A DNA stretch of 64,000 nucleotides from Candidatus Levyibacteriota bacterium (GCA_027334565.1 DAHWUP010000004.1:15138-79137); one strand, 5' to 3'. Numbered from the stretch's first letter, positions 19,100 through 28,538 are shown. Notes: generated by a model from the letters alone, not told the origin. Made by a program: numbers and translations.

Positions 19100-19151
19100 T
19101 TGACACCATATGTCTAGTGTCCTATGATTTTTTTGGCGCTATATCTAGTGA
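19100..19151 (+). promoter_or_regulatory. sigma70-like promoter (TTGACA-N17-TATGAT) overlapped by two NrdR-box-like repeats
   Basis: TTGACA at 19100-19105 and TATGAT at 19123-19128. Two copies of TAT(G/A)TCTAGTG (19109-19120 and 19140-19151) are 31 bp apart, each about 12/16 to the NrdR box consensus acaCtAtATaTaGtgt. They lie upstream of nrdR-nrdJ. Confidence 0.45.
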
Positions 19152-19173
19152 TTTAAGGTCAAAAAGGTTTGTT

Positions 19174-19623
19174 ATGAAGTGTCCATATTGCGGAAACAAA
19201 GACACGGAAGTAGTAGAAACCCGGGACAGCGAAGATTTAGAAACAATCAGAAGAAGGCGCGAGTGTTTAAAGTGCGGGAAAAGATTTACTACTTACGAGC
19301 GGATAGAGAACGTTAACTTAATAGTTATTAAAAAAGACGGAAGGCGTGAACAATTCAACAGAGATAAATTAAGAGCAGGAATCCTAAGGAGTTGCGAAAA
19401 GACCAAAGTATCTCTTGAAGACATAGAAAAGATCCTAACGGAAATCGAGCGGGAATTAAGGAACGCCGATTCGGTGGAGGTCGAAAGCAAAAAGATCGGA
19501 CAACTGGTTTCTGCGAGGCTAAAAACACTGGATAAAGTAGCTTATATCAGGTTCTCAAGCGTCTTCAAAAGGTTTGTGGACGTTGAGGACTTTGAAAAAG
19601 AAGTTAAAAGACTAATTAAATAG
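19174..19623 (+). CDS. nrdR: transcriptional repressor NrdR
   Basis: MKCPYCG...CLKCGKRFTTYERIE zinc ribbon plus ATP-cone. Start taken at 19174, downstream of the promoter and NrdR boxes. Confidence 0.85.
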   Translation: MKCPYCGNKDTEVVETRDSEDLETIRRRRECLKCGKRFTTYERIENVNLIVIKKDGRREQFNRDKLRAGILRSCEKTKVSLEDIEKILTEIERELRNADSVEVESKKIGQLVSARLKTLDKVAYIRFSSVFKRFVDVEDFEKEVKRLIK

Positions 19624-19624
19624 T

Positions 19625-22054
19625 ATGAAATTGGACGGAATAAGGCAAAAGGTTTTTTTAGACAGATACAGCTTAAAAGACTCAAAAGGAAATCCCATGG
19701 AAAAAACTGCGGGTGAGATGTGGAGAAGGGTTGCCAGAGGAATCGCCAGCGTAGAAAAGCCCAAAGATCGTAAAAACTGGGAAAAGAAATTCTACGATGT
19801 GATGGAAGATTTTAAATTCTTACCCGGCGGAAGGATACTGGCCGGCGCAGGAACCGGCTTCGACGTTACTTATTATAATTGCTTCGTAATCCCCAATCCC
19901 CCCGACTCCAGAGGTGGAATAATGAATAACCTGACCCAGATGATCGAGATCATGGCTCACGGCGGCGGAGTCGGACTTAACCTTTCTTCTTTAAGACCCA
20001 GGGGAGCCAGGGTTAAAAAGGTCAATGGTTTTTCTTCCGGTCCCCTAAATTGGGCAGAACTTTATTCTCTGGCGACCAAAGACATAGTCCAGCAGGGAGG
20101 TTCAAGAAGGGGCGCTTTGATGCTAATGCTCCACGACTGGCACCCCGATATAGAAGAATTTATTACGGTAAAACAGGACCTTAGCAAAATTAACGGGGCC
20201 AACCTTTCGGTTTGCGTTTCCGACACTTTTATGAATGCCGTAAAACGCGACGAAGACTGGGATTTGGTTTTCCCCGACCTCAATGACAAAAGGTACGACA
20301 AGAAATGGAACGGAGATATTGACGAGTGGAAAAAACTGGGGGGAAAAACCGAAGTTAAAAAAACCGTTAAAGCACGATACCTTTGGGATTTGATTTGCAC
20401 CGCCGCTTGGAAATCGGCAGAACCGGGACTCCATTTCCTAGAAAGAAGTAACAAACGTTCAAACACCTGGTATTTTGAAAAATTGATTGCCACCAACCCC
20501 TGCGGAGAGCAGCCATTATCAGGCTGGGCGGTTTGCAATCTTGGTGCCATGAATCTGTCGGCGTATGTCAAAAACAGGAAATTTGATTATGTAAACTTTG
20601 CCAAAGACGTTCAAGTGGCGGTCAGGTTCCTGGATAACGTCATTGACGACACCCATTATTTCTATAAGGAAAATGAAAAGGTAGCCAAGGATATCAGAAG
20701 ACAAGGGTTGGGAATTATGGGTCTGGCGGATGCTTTGATTAAAATGGAAATCAAATATGGAAGCGATGAGTCGCTTAAGGTAATCGAGAAAATATTCAAA
20801 ACCTTAAGGGATAATGCCTATATTTCCTCTTCGGATATCGCGGCGGAAAAAGGATCGTTCCCCAAGTACAGCCAAGAAAAATACCTTAACGGCTGGTTTA
20901 TTAAAAGATTGCCGGAAGAGGTGAGGAAAAAAATCGCCAAACAGGGAATCAGAAACGCCGTGATTCTAACGATCGCTCCGACCGGTACGACCGGGCTCTT
21001 GGCGGGAGCTTCCTCGGGAATAGAACCGGTTTATGAATTCGAGTTTATCAGGCGTGACAGGCTTGGCGAACACCAAATGTACCATCCGCTTTTTGATGAA
21101 TGGAAAAAAGCTCATCCGAACGAACAAAAGCCAGACTATTTCGTTTCGGCAAACGACTTAACCCCCGAAAATCACGTCAAGGTTCAGGCGATCGCCCAAG
21201 AATATATTGATTCATCCATCTCCAAAACCGTCAACGCTCCTAAAACCCATACGGTTGAGGATGTCAAAAGACTATATGAAATGGCCCATGACATGGGTCT
21301 GAAGGGCATTACCTATATGCGCGACGGTTCAAGGGAGGGAGTACTGTCAAGAAAGGAAGATAAAAAAGAAGAACAAACAGTTATACCGCAAACCACGCTT
21401 CCGGTAATGCCGAGACCGGTAATGGTTGAGGGGGTTACTTATCAATCCGAAACCCCGGTCGGAAAAACCTTCATTACAATCAACCATAACGAGAACAACG
21501 AACCGTTCGAGGTATTTATTACCGTCGGAAAGTCGGGATCGGATGTTACCGCCATGGCGGATGCATTGGGTCGCATGATTTCGTTAAACTTAAGGCTTAA
21601 TGGCTCGCTTTCACCCAGAGAAAGAGTGAGGCAAATTGTCGCACAACTGATCGGTATCGGTGGGGCAAGGGCGGTTGGTTTTGGAGCGAACAAAGTGTTA
21701 TCGCTCCCGGACGCAGTTGCCAAAGTTTTGTCCAAGCACTTTGAGTTCAGGGTAAACGGAGTGGTCGAGGATAGGCCGAGAATCGTTAACACCGGTGGTA
21801 ACGGACATTCAAACGGCGCAACCACCGGGACCGTGGCCATAACCCACGCCCCGGTTCCAGCCGACCTGGACGCTCCGAATGAAGAAATAGTTAAAATCCA
21901 ACAATTGACGCTTCAAACGCCCCAAGGGACACTGTCTGCTACTGAAGGTACGGCAACGGGACTTTATGACATCTGCCCCGACTGTGGCGCGGCAAGCCTT
22001 GCATACGAAGAAGGCTGCAAAAAATGCTACTCCTGCGGTTATTCCGAGTGCTGA
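19625..22054 (+). CDS. nrdJ: class II (adenosylcobalamin-dependent) ribonucleotide reductase
   Basis: 809 aa. NPCGEQPL active-site motif and ATP-cone-less class II architecture. C-terminal CxxC..CxxC..C zinc ribbon. Confidence 0.85.
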   Translation: MKLDGIRQKVFLDRYSLKDSKGNPMEKTAGEMWRRVARGIASVEKPKDRKNWEKKFYDVMEDFKFLPGGRILAGAGTGFDVTYYNCFVIPNPPDSRGGIMNNLTQMIEIMAHGGGVGLNLSSLRPRGARVKKVNGFSSGPLNWAELYSLATKDIVQQGGSRRGALMLMLHDWHPDIEEFITVKQDLSKINGANLSVCVSDTFMNAVKRDEDWDLVFPDLNDKRYDKKWNGDIDEWKKLGGKTEVKKTVKARYLWDLICTAAWKSAEPGLHFLERSNKRSNTWYFEKLIATNPCGEQPLSGWAVCNLGAMNLSAYVKNRKFDYVNFAKDVQVAVRFLDNVIDDTHYFYKENEKVAKDIRRQGLGIMGLADALIKMEIKYGSDESLKVIEKIFKTLRDNAYISSSDIAAEKGSFPKYSQEKYLNGWFIKRLPEEVRKKIAKQGIRNAVILTIAPTGTTGLLAGASSGIEPVYEFEFIRRDRLGEHQMYHPLFDEWKKAHPNEQKPDYFVSANDLTPENHVKVQAIAQEYIDSSISKTVNAPKTHTVEDVKRLYEMAHDMGLKGITYMRDGSREGVLSRKEDKKEEQTVIPQTTLPVMPRPVMVEGVTYQSETPVGKTFITINHNENNEPFEVFITVGKSGSDVTAMADALGRMISLNLRLNGSLSPRERVRQIVAQLIGIGGARAVGFGANKVLSLPDAVAKVLSKHFEFRVNGVVEDRPRIVNTGGNGHSNGATTGTVAITHAPVPADLDAPNEEIVKIQQLTLQTPQGTLSATEGTATGLYDICPDCGAASLAYEEGCKKCYSCGYSEC

Positions 22055-22101
22055 TTCATTAAAAAGGATAAAATAGGGACAATTCTTATTGTTAAAATAT
22101 T

Positions 22102-22647
22102 ATGTCCATTTATACGAAATTTGGCGATAAAGGAAAGACAAGTTTATTTGCAGGAAGGGTCGTTTCCAAATCAAGCGTAAGGGTTAACACCTATGGGTCG
22201 CTGGACGAACTCAATAGTTATCTGGGGGTCATCTTATCCAAGATAAAAAACAAAAAGATTAGGCAAGAGTTAACACTGGTCCAAAACGATTTGTTTGAAA
22301 TAGGCGCATATCTTGCCAACCTTTCTTATAGCAAAGGACAGGCGCTTGATAAATATTTAGAAAAAAGGGTTTCGCAGTTTGAAAAAGAGATTGACACGTT
22401 AACGAACACAATGCCACCTCTTAAAAATTTCATTTTACCGGGAGGTTCCGAGACCGGCGCTAATTTGCATTTTTCCAGGACCTTAACCAGGAGGGCGGAA
22501 AGGCGCGTCGTCGAACTTTCGGAAAAAGAAAAAGTAAGCCCGAAGGTACTGATATACATGAACAGACTTTCGGACCTGCTTTTTACTTTTGCTAGATTTA
22601 TAAATAAAGAAAATAAAGTTAAAGAAATTATTTGGTCGTCACGATAG
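22102..22647 (+). CDS. ATP:cob(I)alamin adenosyltransferase, PduO/MMAB type
   Basis: MSIYTKFGDKGKTSL N-terminus and overall PduO-type pattern; 181 aa. Confidence 0.75.
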   Translation: MSIYTKFGDKGKTSLFAGRVVSKSSVRVNTYGSLDELNSYLGVILSKIKNKKIRQELTLVQNDLFEIGAYLANLSYSKGQALDKYLEKRVSQFEKEIDTLTNTMPPLKNFILPGGSETGANLHFSRTLTRRAERRVVELSEKEKVSPKVLIYMNRLSDLLFTFARFINKENKVKEIIWSSR

Positions 22648-22654
22648 AATAATT

Positions 22655-22779
22655 TCTTCGGGTGAAAGCCGGTGTAATCCCGGCGCTGTGCCGCAACTGT
22701 AAAGCCAGAGCCCCGTAAAAAATCTTCCGAGCAGAAGTATGTTTTTAATATACAACTCCTCGGAATTTGAGGAGTTTTT
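22655..22779 (+). promoter_or_regulatory. cobalamin-riboswitch-like leader with terminator/SD-sequestering expression platform
   Basis: GGGUGAAAGCC-GGUGUAAUCC-CGGCGCUGU-GCCGCAACUGUAA-AGCCAGAG matches the core of the cobalamin aptamer consensus (GGGAAnccGGUGnnAAnUCC..CnGnnCCCGCCACUGUaa..AGCCAG B12-box start). Downstream hairpin ACUCCUC-GGAAUUU-GAGGAGU plus U5 contains the SD (GAGGAG) 5 nt before the ATG at 22780. Confidence 0.45.
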
Positions 22780-23934
22780 ATGTATTTGGAAACATCAAGG
22801 CATTATGATTTTCAACAACCCGGGCATGAAACGCAGGGCTTACCCCGTTCGCCTCTTGCCTACGATCCGACCCTAGACTTTTCATATTATCATGCGCTTT
22901 CGGAAGGAAAACTCAATATAGGTAAGGATGACCTTGATGCATACATCAAGCGGCAATTGGTAACCAATTTAAGCGAAAGGTTTGATATGCCCCTAAGCGT
23001 TACCAACTATAAAATAAGAGACGGACAAATTTACGGAGAAAATACCGATTTGCCGTTTACGGAAATGATTAAGCGGGGAATAGACCACCGACAAAAATAC
23101 GGAAATCCCTTAGATTTCTCAAGAGAAGAAGCAGAGCTTACGGGATTTTTAAAAGTCCAGGCGGTATTGACAGACCCTAAAACTCCTTTGGGCACCGTAA
23201 TGATATCGGTTTCACCAAGAGGACAAGAGGGATCATCCTATCAACATAATTTTGTGGACGGGATGGAAGTAAAAGAGGATGAAACAGGCTCCAGGTTTAT
23301 TGAGTCAACCAGATACGGTTCGTCATTAACCTTGAGCGAATTTTCGGACAGGTTGAATCAACTAGGTGAAATGAACGCGTACGATGGAGCAAACGATGCT
23401 TATTTTCTTTCACACCCGTTACGGGTAAATGGAATTTCGAAACAACAAGTGCGCTCGTTATTTGCGAACGAAGACGGAAAAGTCACGGATGATGAATTTG
23501 ATTTTATCCTGCAGCAGTCGGCGCCTGTTTGGGAGCATTATCGCAAAACCATGGCCGATTTGGATCTTGAAAATGCACTACTTAGTTTTAACGCCGGCCT
23601 GAATATAGCGGATGAGGCGCTGAAAACTTATCGGGGGGGGAAAGGGACTGGTCTTAGAAGCGGTAACCTTAACGAAATAATTGATGTCTATGGCAGGATC
23701 CCGGTTAGACAGGTAATGGTAGGGTGCGGTTCTTCTTCGGGATTTGATATTCCAAACGGTCCGGTAAATGCGTTAAGGCAAAATTCGCCCTTCAGCGTTT
23801 CGGAATTTGGTAAATTAACCGATCGATATGGGGAAAGGTCGTTTGATTGTCCGCATTGTGGTTGGAAAAATTCCCGCCCCGAAAACCAGCTGGTTGAAAA
23901 ATGTAGCCATTGCGGCGGAAGCGTCAGATGCTGA
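22780..23934 (+). CDS. hypothetical soluble protein with C-terminal CxxC..CxxC zinc ribbon (riboswitch-associated)
   Basis: 384 aa; no TM segment; CPHCGWKNSRPENQLVEKCSHCGG at the C-terminus; no recognisable catalytic motif. Confidence 0.45.
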   Translation: MYLETSRHYDFQQPGHETQGLPRSPLAYDPTLDFSYYHALSEGKLNIGKDDLDAYIKRQLVTNLSERFDMPLSVTNYKIRDGQIYGENTDLPFTEMIKRGIDHRQKYGNPLDFSREEAELTGFLKVQAVLTDPKTPLGTVMISVSPRGQEGSSYQHNFVDGMEVKEDETGSRFIESTRYGSSLTLSEFSDRLNQLGEMNAYDGANDAYFLSHPLRVNGISKQQVRSLFANEDGKVTDDEFDFILQQSAPVWEHYRKTMADLDLENALLSFNAGLNIADEALKTYRGGKGTGLRSGNLNEIIDVYGRIPVRQVMVGCGSSSGFDIPNGPVNALRQNSPFSVSEFGKLTDRYGERSFDCPHCGWKNSRPENQLVEKCSHCGGSVRC

Positions 23935-23991
23935 CCGGTGATGTTTTGAAGGTGAATTTTAATTGTCCTTTAAGTGTAATAATGGTATCAT

Positions 23992-24507
23992 ATGCGTATG
24001 GATAACACTGCCCAGACCAATCAATCGAATATTCAGGAAAGTTCTAATATTCAACCGAGCCAGTCTTCCAAGACCCAGCAGCCGGTGCCACAGCAACCGG
24101 CTACGCCTGTTGCATCTTCCAACAAAGAATTGGAAAAAAGCAGCGCATTTTCGGAAATAGTCAAACCTTCGGAGGAGGAAGTAAAGGTTGAGGAGGAATT
24201 GAAAAATGTCGGCGTTGTTGTTAATTCCGATAAACCGAAGCTGGATAAGGTTCATGAGCAAATCGGGGTTAAGGCCTCCGCCGAAAGCGTTTCGGTTAGC
24301 ACGTCTCCCCCGGCGAATATTACATTGCCTTTAAGCGAAGAGGAAGCGGACAGTGTCTTGAAAACCAAACAATCAAAATTCCATCTGCAGGAAAACGTGG
24401 GCGAGTTTGCGGGAGAATATACCGAGGACTCACTCCCTTTTTTGGCTGCGCTGGTTGTAAAAGTATTCAAGGAAATGCATAAGAAAATATTCAGAAGAAA
24501 AAAATAA
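23992..24507 (+). CDS. hypothetical low-complexity (Q/S/E-rich) protein with C-terminal amphipathic/basic segment
   Basis: 171 aa; ends 2 nt before the start of the downstream ATPase gene, suggesting translational coupling. Confidence 0.35.
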   Translation: MRMDNTAQTNQSNIQESSNIQPSQSSKTQQPVPQQPATPVASSNKELEKSSAFSEIVKPSEEEVKVEEELKNVGVVVNSDKPKLDKVHEQIGVKASAESVSVSTSPPANITLPLSEEEADSVLKTKQSKFHLQENVGEFAGEYTEDSLPFLAALVVKVFKEMHKKIFRRKK

Positions 24508-24508
24508 A

Positions 24509-26881
24509 ATGGGCAGTTCATATATTTATTCCAATATTAACAATCTATTGACGGCGCTGGTTTTAGCGGTGGTTATTCTTGCGGTTACGGCGGGATTGAT
24601 ACTGGGAGGATTATATCTTTTTCTCATCTGGTATAAAAACAGGGACAGGGAACAGCAGTCGTTGGATTCTACTTTGCTTCAAGTTTTGGTTCCGCGGGAC
24701 AACGAAGTAAAAATCGACGCAGCAGAACAATTATTTTCAAGCCTAACCGGAGTCAGAACTCACGGAATGTTCGCATTTTTAAAAAATCCCCCACATATTT
24801 CTTTTGAAATCGTCGGGATGCCCGAAGATATCAGGTTCTATATATATACTCCCAATAAATACCGTGATATTGTAGAAAAACAAATCAACGCTTCCTACCC
24901 CGATGCGGAAATAAGGGTGGTTGATGAGAAGCAGGCAAAGGAAGGGTTCATCATCGGAAACGAATATAATATTTTTAGTAAGGAGGGAAAAGTCGCTTTT
25001 GCTTCACTCAAGCTCAAGGATTCTAACTATAAACCGCTTAAGATGTACAAGGATTTTGCGGTCGATCCGATGGCTTCAATGACCTCGGTTCTGGCGAAAA
25101 TGAGTCAGGGGGAGGGCGCAGCGATTCAGATTTTGGTATCAGGAGCCGATTCTAAATGGAGCAAATCGGGAAGAAGCTATATTGCTACCACCAAGAAAAG
25201 CGAATCCAACCCCGAAACCGCCAAGTATTCATCCGATCCCAAAGAGCTTGAGGGAATTGAGAATAAGATTTCAAAACCGGGTTTTTATTCCGTGATAAGA
25301 ATCGTAGTTTCCTCAATGTCTCAGGAAGCGGCCAGTGCACACCTTGAAAATATATTAACGGCCTTTACCCAGTTTGACGGCACCAACTCTTTAACTAAAA
25401 ACAAACATTGGCTTAAAGGGGGATTCATCCAGGACTTTGTTTACAGGTATTTTCCTACCCGTGGCAACCTTTCGGTCTTAACCAGCGAAGAGTTGGCCGG
25501 CGTTTTCCATCTGCCTAACAAAAGCGTTACCACACCGCACATTGAGTGGATCAATGCCAAACGGGCGCCGGCCCCGGCACAAATTCCATCATCCGGGCTT
25601 TATCTTGGAATGAGCACCTTTAGGGGGATTGCCAAACCGGTGTATGTCCAGGAAGACGATAGAAGAAGACATATGTATATTATCGGTAAAACTGGTGTCG
25701 GAAAGTCGGAATTATTAAAACAAATGATCGTTCAGGATGTCAATGAAGGCAAGGGCATCGGTGTAATAGACCCGCACGGGGATCTGATCGAGGATATCTT
25801 AAAACTGATCCCGCCGCAGCGGGCCGAAGATGTAATTTTGTTCGACCCCTCGGATACCGAAAGACCGGCTGGTTTAAATATGCTCGAGGCGCAGACAGAA
25901 CAGGAGAAACATTATATCGTATCTTCGATCGTTGGATTAATGTACAAACTGTATGACCCCAATAAAACCGGGATTATCGGGCCGAGGTTTGAGCACGCGA
26001 TCAGAAATGCCATGCTTACCGTGATGTACGAACCGGGTAGCACTTTTATCGAGGTGGTCAGGGCTTTAACCGATGCATCCTTTGTCCAGGAACTTTTACC
26101 TAAAGTCACCGATCCGATCGTCAGACGCTACTGGACCGATCAGATTGCGCAAACCAGCGATTTTCATAAATCCGAAGTTTTAGATTATATTGTTTCGAAA
26201 TTCGGTCGTTTCGTCACGAATAAAATGATGCGAAACATCATCGGTCAGTCCAAATCCGCTTTTGACTTTAGAAAAGTAATGGATGAGGGAAAAATACTTT
26301 TGGTCAATCTCTCCAAAGGGAAAATCGGTGAGGAGAACTCAAGTTTTTTGGGTTTGGTGATGGTACCGAAAATTCTGGTTGCAGCCATGAGCAGACAGGA
26401 CGTTCCACAGGAACAAAGGAGGGATTTTTATCTATATGTCGACGAGTTCCAGAATTTTGCTACCCCCGATTTCGCGCAGATCCTTTCGGAAGCCAGGAAA
26501 TACCGTCTTAATCTGATTGTCGCCAACCAGTTCATCGGGCAAATGGAGGAGGAGGTCAAAAATGCCATCTTTGGGAATGTCGGGACGATCATGTCGTTTA
26601 GGGTGGGCGTCACCGATGCAAACTACCTTCAGCATGAGTTCCAGCCGACCTTTACCGAAGCGGATCTTATCAATGTCGATGTCTATAATGCTTTTGTCAA
26701 AACCATTGTCAACAACGAACCGGTCACCCCGTTTTCTATCGATACCACCAAAGATATGACCAAGGAAAAAGGGATGGAGAACCCAAGGGTAGCGGAACTG
26801 ATCAGGGAGCTTTCAAGGTTAAAATACGGAAAAGATGTCGTCAACCTCGAGGCGCAGATCGCACAAAGAGCAAGACTTTAA
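24509..26881 (+). CDS. membrane-anchored VirB4/TraC-like (AAA_10-type) P-loop ATPase
   Basis: N-terminal TM hairpin. Walker A YIIGKTGVGKSELL followed by GVIDPHGDL (the VirB4/TraC IDPKGEY-like motif). Walker B YVDEFQNF and LIVANQ motif. 790 aa. Confidence 0.45.
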   Translation: MGSSYIYSNINNLLTALVLAVVILAVTAGLILGGLYLFLIWYKNRDREQQSLDSTLLQVLVPRDNEVKIDAAEQLFSSLTGVRTHGMFAFLKNPPHISFEIVGMPEDIRFYIYTPNKYRDIVEKQINASYPDAEIRVVDEKQAKEGFIIGNEYNIFSKEGKVAFASLKLKDSNYKPLKMYKDFAVDPMASMTSVLAKMSQGEGAAIQILVSGADSKWSKSGRSYIATTKKSESNPETAKYSSDPKELEGIENKISKPGFYSVIRIVVSSMSQEAASAHLENILTAFTQFDGTNSLTKNKHWLKGGFIQDFVYRYFPTRGNLSVLTSEELAGVFHLPNKSVTTPHIEWINAKRAPAPAQIPSSGLYLGMSTFRGIAKPVYVQEDDRRRHMYIIGKTGVGKSELLKQMIVQDVNEGKGIGVIDPHGDLIEDILKLIPPQRAEDVILFDPSDTERPAGLNMLEAQTEQEKHYIVSSIVGLMYKLYDPNKTGIIGPRFEHAIRNAMLTVMYEPGSTFIEVVRALTDASFVQELLPKVTDPIVRRYWTDQIAQTSDFHKSEVLDYIVSKFGRFVTNKMMRNIIGQSKSAFDFRKVMDEGKILLVNLSKGKIGEENSSFLGLVMVPKILVAAMSRQDVPQEQRRDFYLYVDEFQNFATPDFAQILSEARKYRLNLIVANQFIGQMEEEVKNAIFGNVGTIMSFRVGVTDANYLQHEFQPTFTEADLINVDVYNAFVKTIVNNEPVTPFSIDTTKDMTKEKGMENPRVAELIRELSRLKYGKDVVNLEAQIAQRARL

Positions 26882-26908
26882 GTTTCCGCTTTGCTATAAT
26901 CATGGCAA

Positions 26909-26980
26909 GCGTCCATAGCTCAGCGGTAGAGCGCTACTCTTATAAAGTAGATGTCCTTGGTCCGAATCCAAGTGGACGCA
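26909..26980 (+). tRNA. tRNA-Ile (anticodon UAU)
   Basis: Hand-fold: GCGTCCA acceptor, GCTC/GAGC D stem, CTACT-CTTATAA-AGTAG anticodon arm, CTTGG-TCCGAAT-CCAAG T-arm, discriminator A. Confidence 0.7.
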
Positions 26981-27185
26981 CTTTCGGTTAATGTTATTAG
27001 ACAAAGCTATCGGTTTAAAAAAGACTTTTGCGCACCGGTCATTTTCCGGTTCGCGGATTTCATAAGATTATAACGTAAATTTCCTTCTAGGAAGAACATT
27101 TCAGTTCCTCCATGAAAATGGTCCCACAAAGCGAATCCTTCAGGATTTTTAAGTTTTATAACAGTTTTTTAACCGAGGAACGAAT

Positions 27186-28046
27186 TTACAATTCGGTCAG
27201 CGTGGAGGTTTCTTTGCCCCGGTCGGGAACATACTGAAGGTATCTTTCGGTGGTAGAAAGCCTTTTATGACCCAAAACCTTGGACAAAACTACCAAGGAG
27301 ACGCCGTGTTTTAAGTGGTGGGCAACAAAGGTGTGTCTTAAATCGTTAACTTTAGCGTCTTTGATTTCCGCCAGCCTAAAGTATCTTTCTACCGCGGTCC
27401 TGATGTTTCTTATCAAAAACGGTTTTCCGCTTTTTGTAACGAAGACGTGATCGTCCGAAACTTTTGGTCTTATTTCCAGATACCTGTCAAGTGCGCTCTG
27501 GGCACTTTTGTTTAACGGGACATTTCTTTCTTCATGTTTTTCAAAGGGGGAGATATGCAGAGAATCTTTTAATATATCCGAAAGCCTAAGATTTGCCAGT
27601 TCCCCGATCCTGATTCCGGTTTGAAGTAAAAGCTCGATTACCGCGAACATCCGCGAATCATTTCTGGCAGCATCCCTTAAAGCCCTGTATTCGGTAGGCG
27701 TCAAAATTCTGGGCGGTGCAAGTTGGTACTTAGGGTGCGCAACCAAAAGTGAAGGATCATCCGTGATATATTCGTTGACTTTTAAAAATCTGTAAAACGT
27801 TCTGGTCGAGTTGATTTTTCTGGAGACAGACTTTGGGGTATAACCTTCCTTGCCTAATTTGGCCAAAAAGGCTTGGATATCTTCGGTCGACACCTCATGG
27901 ATATTGTTTTTCTTTAATTCTTCCAAAAAAGTAATCAGCTGGTCGACATCCTTACCATAAGCAACCACCGTCGAAGCCGACTTTTGGTTTTGCTTTAAAA
28001 AATTCTTAAATTCCTCATGGGCATTTCTTAATGTCACCGGTTTCAT
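27186..28046 (-). CDS. tyrosine recombinase (XerC/XerD / phage-integrase family)
   Basis: C-terminal LRHTFVAHHL..GHKRLSTTERY (R..H..R..Y catalytic tetrad); N-terminal SAM-like core-binding domain; 286 aa. Confidence 0.8.
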   Translation of the reverse strand: MKPVTLRNAHEEFKNFLKQNQKSASTVVAYGKDVDQLITFLEELKKNNIHEVSTEDIQAFLAKLGKEGYTPKSVSRKINSTRTFYRFLKVNEYITDDPSLLVAHPKYQLAPPRILTPTEYRALRDAARNDSRMFAVIELLLQTGIRIGELANLRLSDILKDSLHISPFEKHEERNVPLNKSAQSALDRYLEIRPKVSDDHVFVTKSGKPFLIRNIRTAVERYFRLAEIKDAKVNDLRHTFVAHHLKHGVSLVVLSKVLGHKRLSTTERYLQYVPDRGKETSTLTEL

Positions 28047-28169
28047 AACTAAATAAGTTCAAAATATCCCTTACTTCAAAAGGCTATTTAATGTATCCTA
28101 TAATATCACCAATTTTCACAATAGTCAAGCACGAATACCTGCTTAATGTGTTATGATGATATTTGAATT

Positions 28170-28508
28170 ATGAAAAAGCTGGGATTTGTATTATTGGTTA
28201 TAGTACTTTTGCTGATCGTCAACGGTTTGGTTCATTCCATCTTCGATTTGTGGCAAAAACAAAGCCTATTGACTCAAGCGCAACAAGAGCTAAACGCACA
28301 AAAGCTTAAAAACACCAAGTTAAAAGCAGAACTTTCTTACGTACAAAGCCCTCAGTTTATTAACCAGACGGCCCGAAACGAACTTTTCCTGTCAAAGCCC
28401 GGAGAACAGCAAGTGATAATTGAGAATCAGACACCCAATTCAAGTAGGCCTGCGGCAACCGTGGATAATCGTCCGAATTGGCAAAAGTGGCTTCAGTTAT
28501 TTTTCTAA
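28170..28508 (+). CDS. FtsL/DivIC (septum formation initiator)-like small membrane protein
   Basis: N-terminal TM helix followed by coiled coil (QAQQELNAQKLKNTKLKAELSYVQ); 112 aa. Confidence 0.5.
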   Translation: MKKLGFVLLVIVLLLIVNGLVHSIFDLWQKQSLLTQAQQELNAQKLKNTKLKAELSYVQSPQFINQTARNELFLSKPGEQQVIIENQTPNSSRPAATVDNRPNWQKWLQLFF

Positions 28509-28538
28509 AGTACTAGGGGCGAGATTCAAATTGTTCAG

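Noticed and set aside
23959-24521. Two minus-strand ORFs (100 and 89 aa) opposite the low-complexity 23992-24507 gene
   Set aside because: Their composition (R/L/F-rich, no structure) is typical of the antisense of a Q/S/E-rich gene; the plus-strand ORF is translationally coupled to the downstream ATPase. Strand choice for this low-complexity region remains somewhat uncertain.
27081-27096. Apparent palindrome TTCCTTCTAGGAAGAA between tRNA-Ile and the recombinase gene as a candidate att/dif-like site
   Set aside because: On checking, the arms are imperfect (only CTTC/GAAG pair cleanly around TAG), and it is too short and degenerate to call a recombination site without comparison to a dif consensus.
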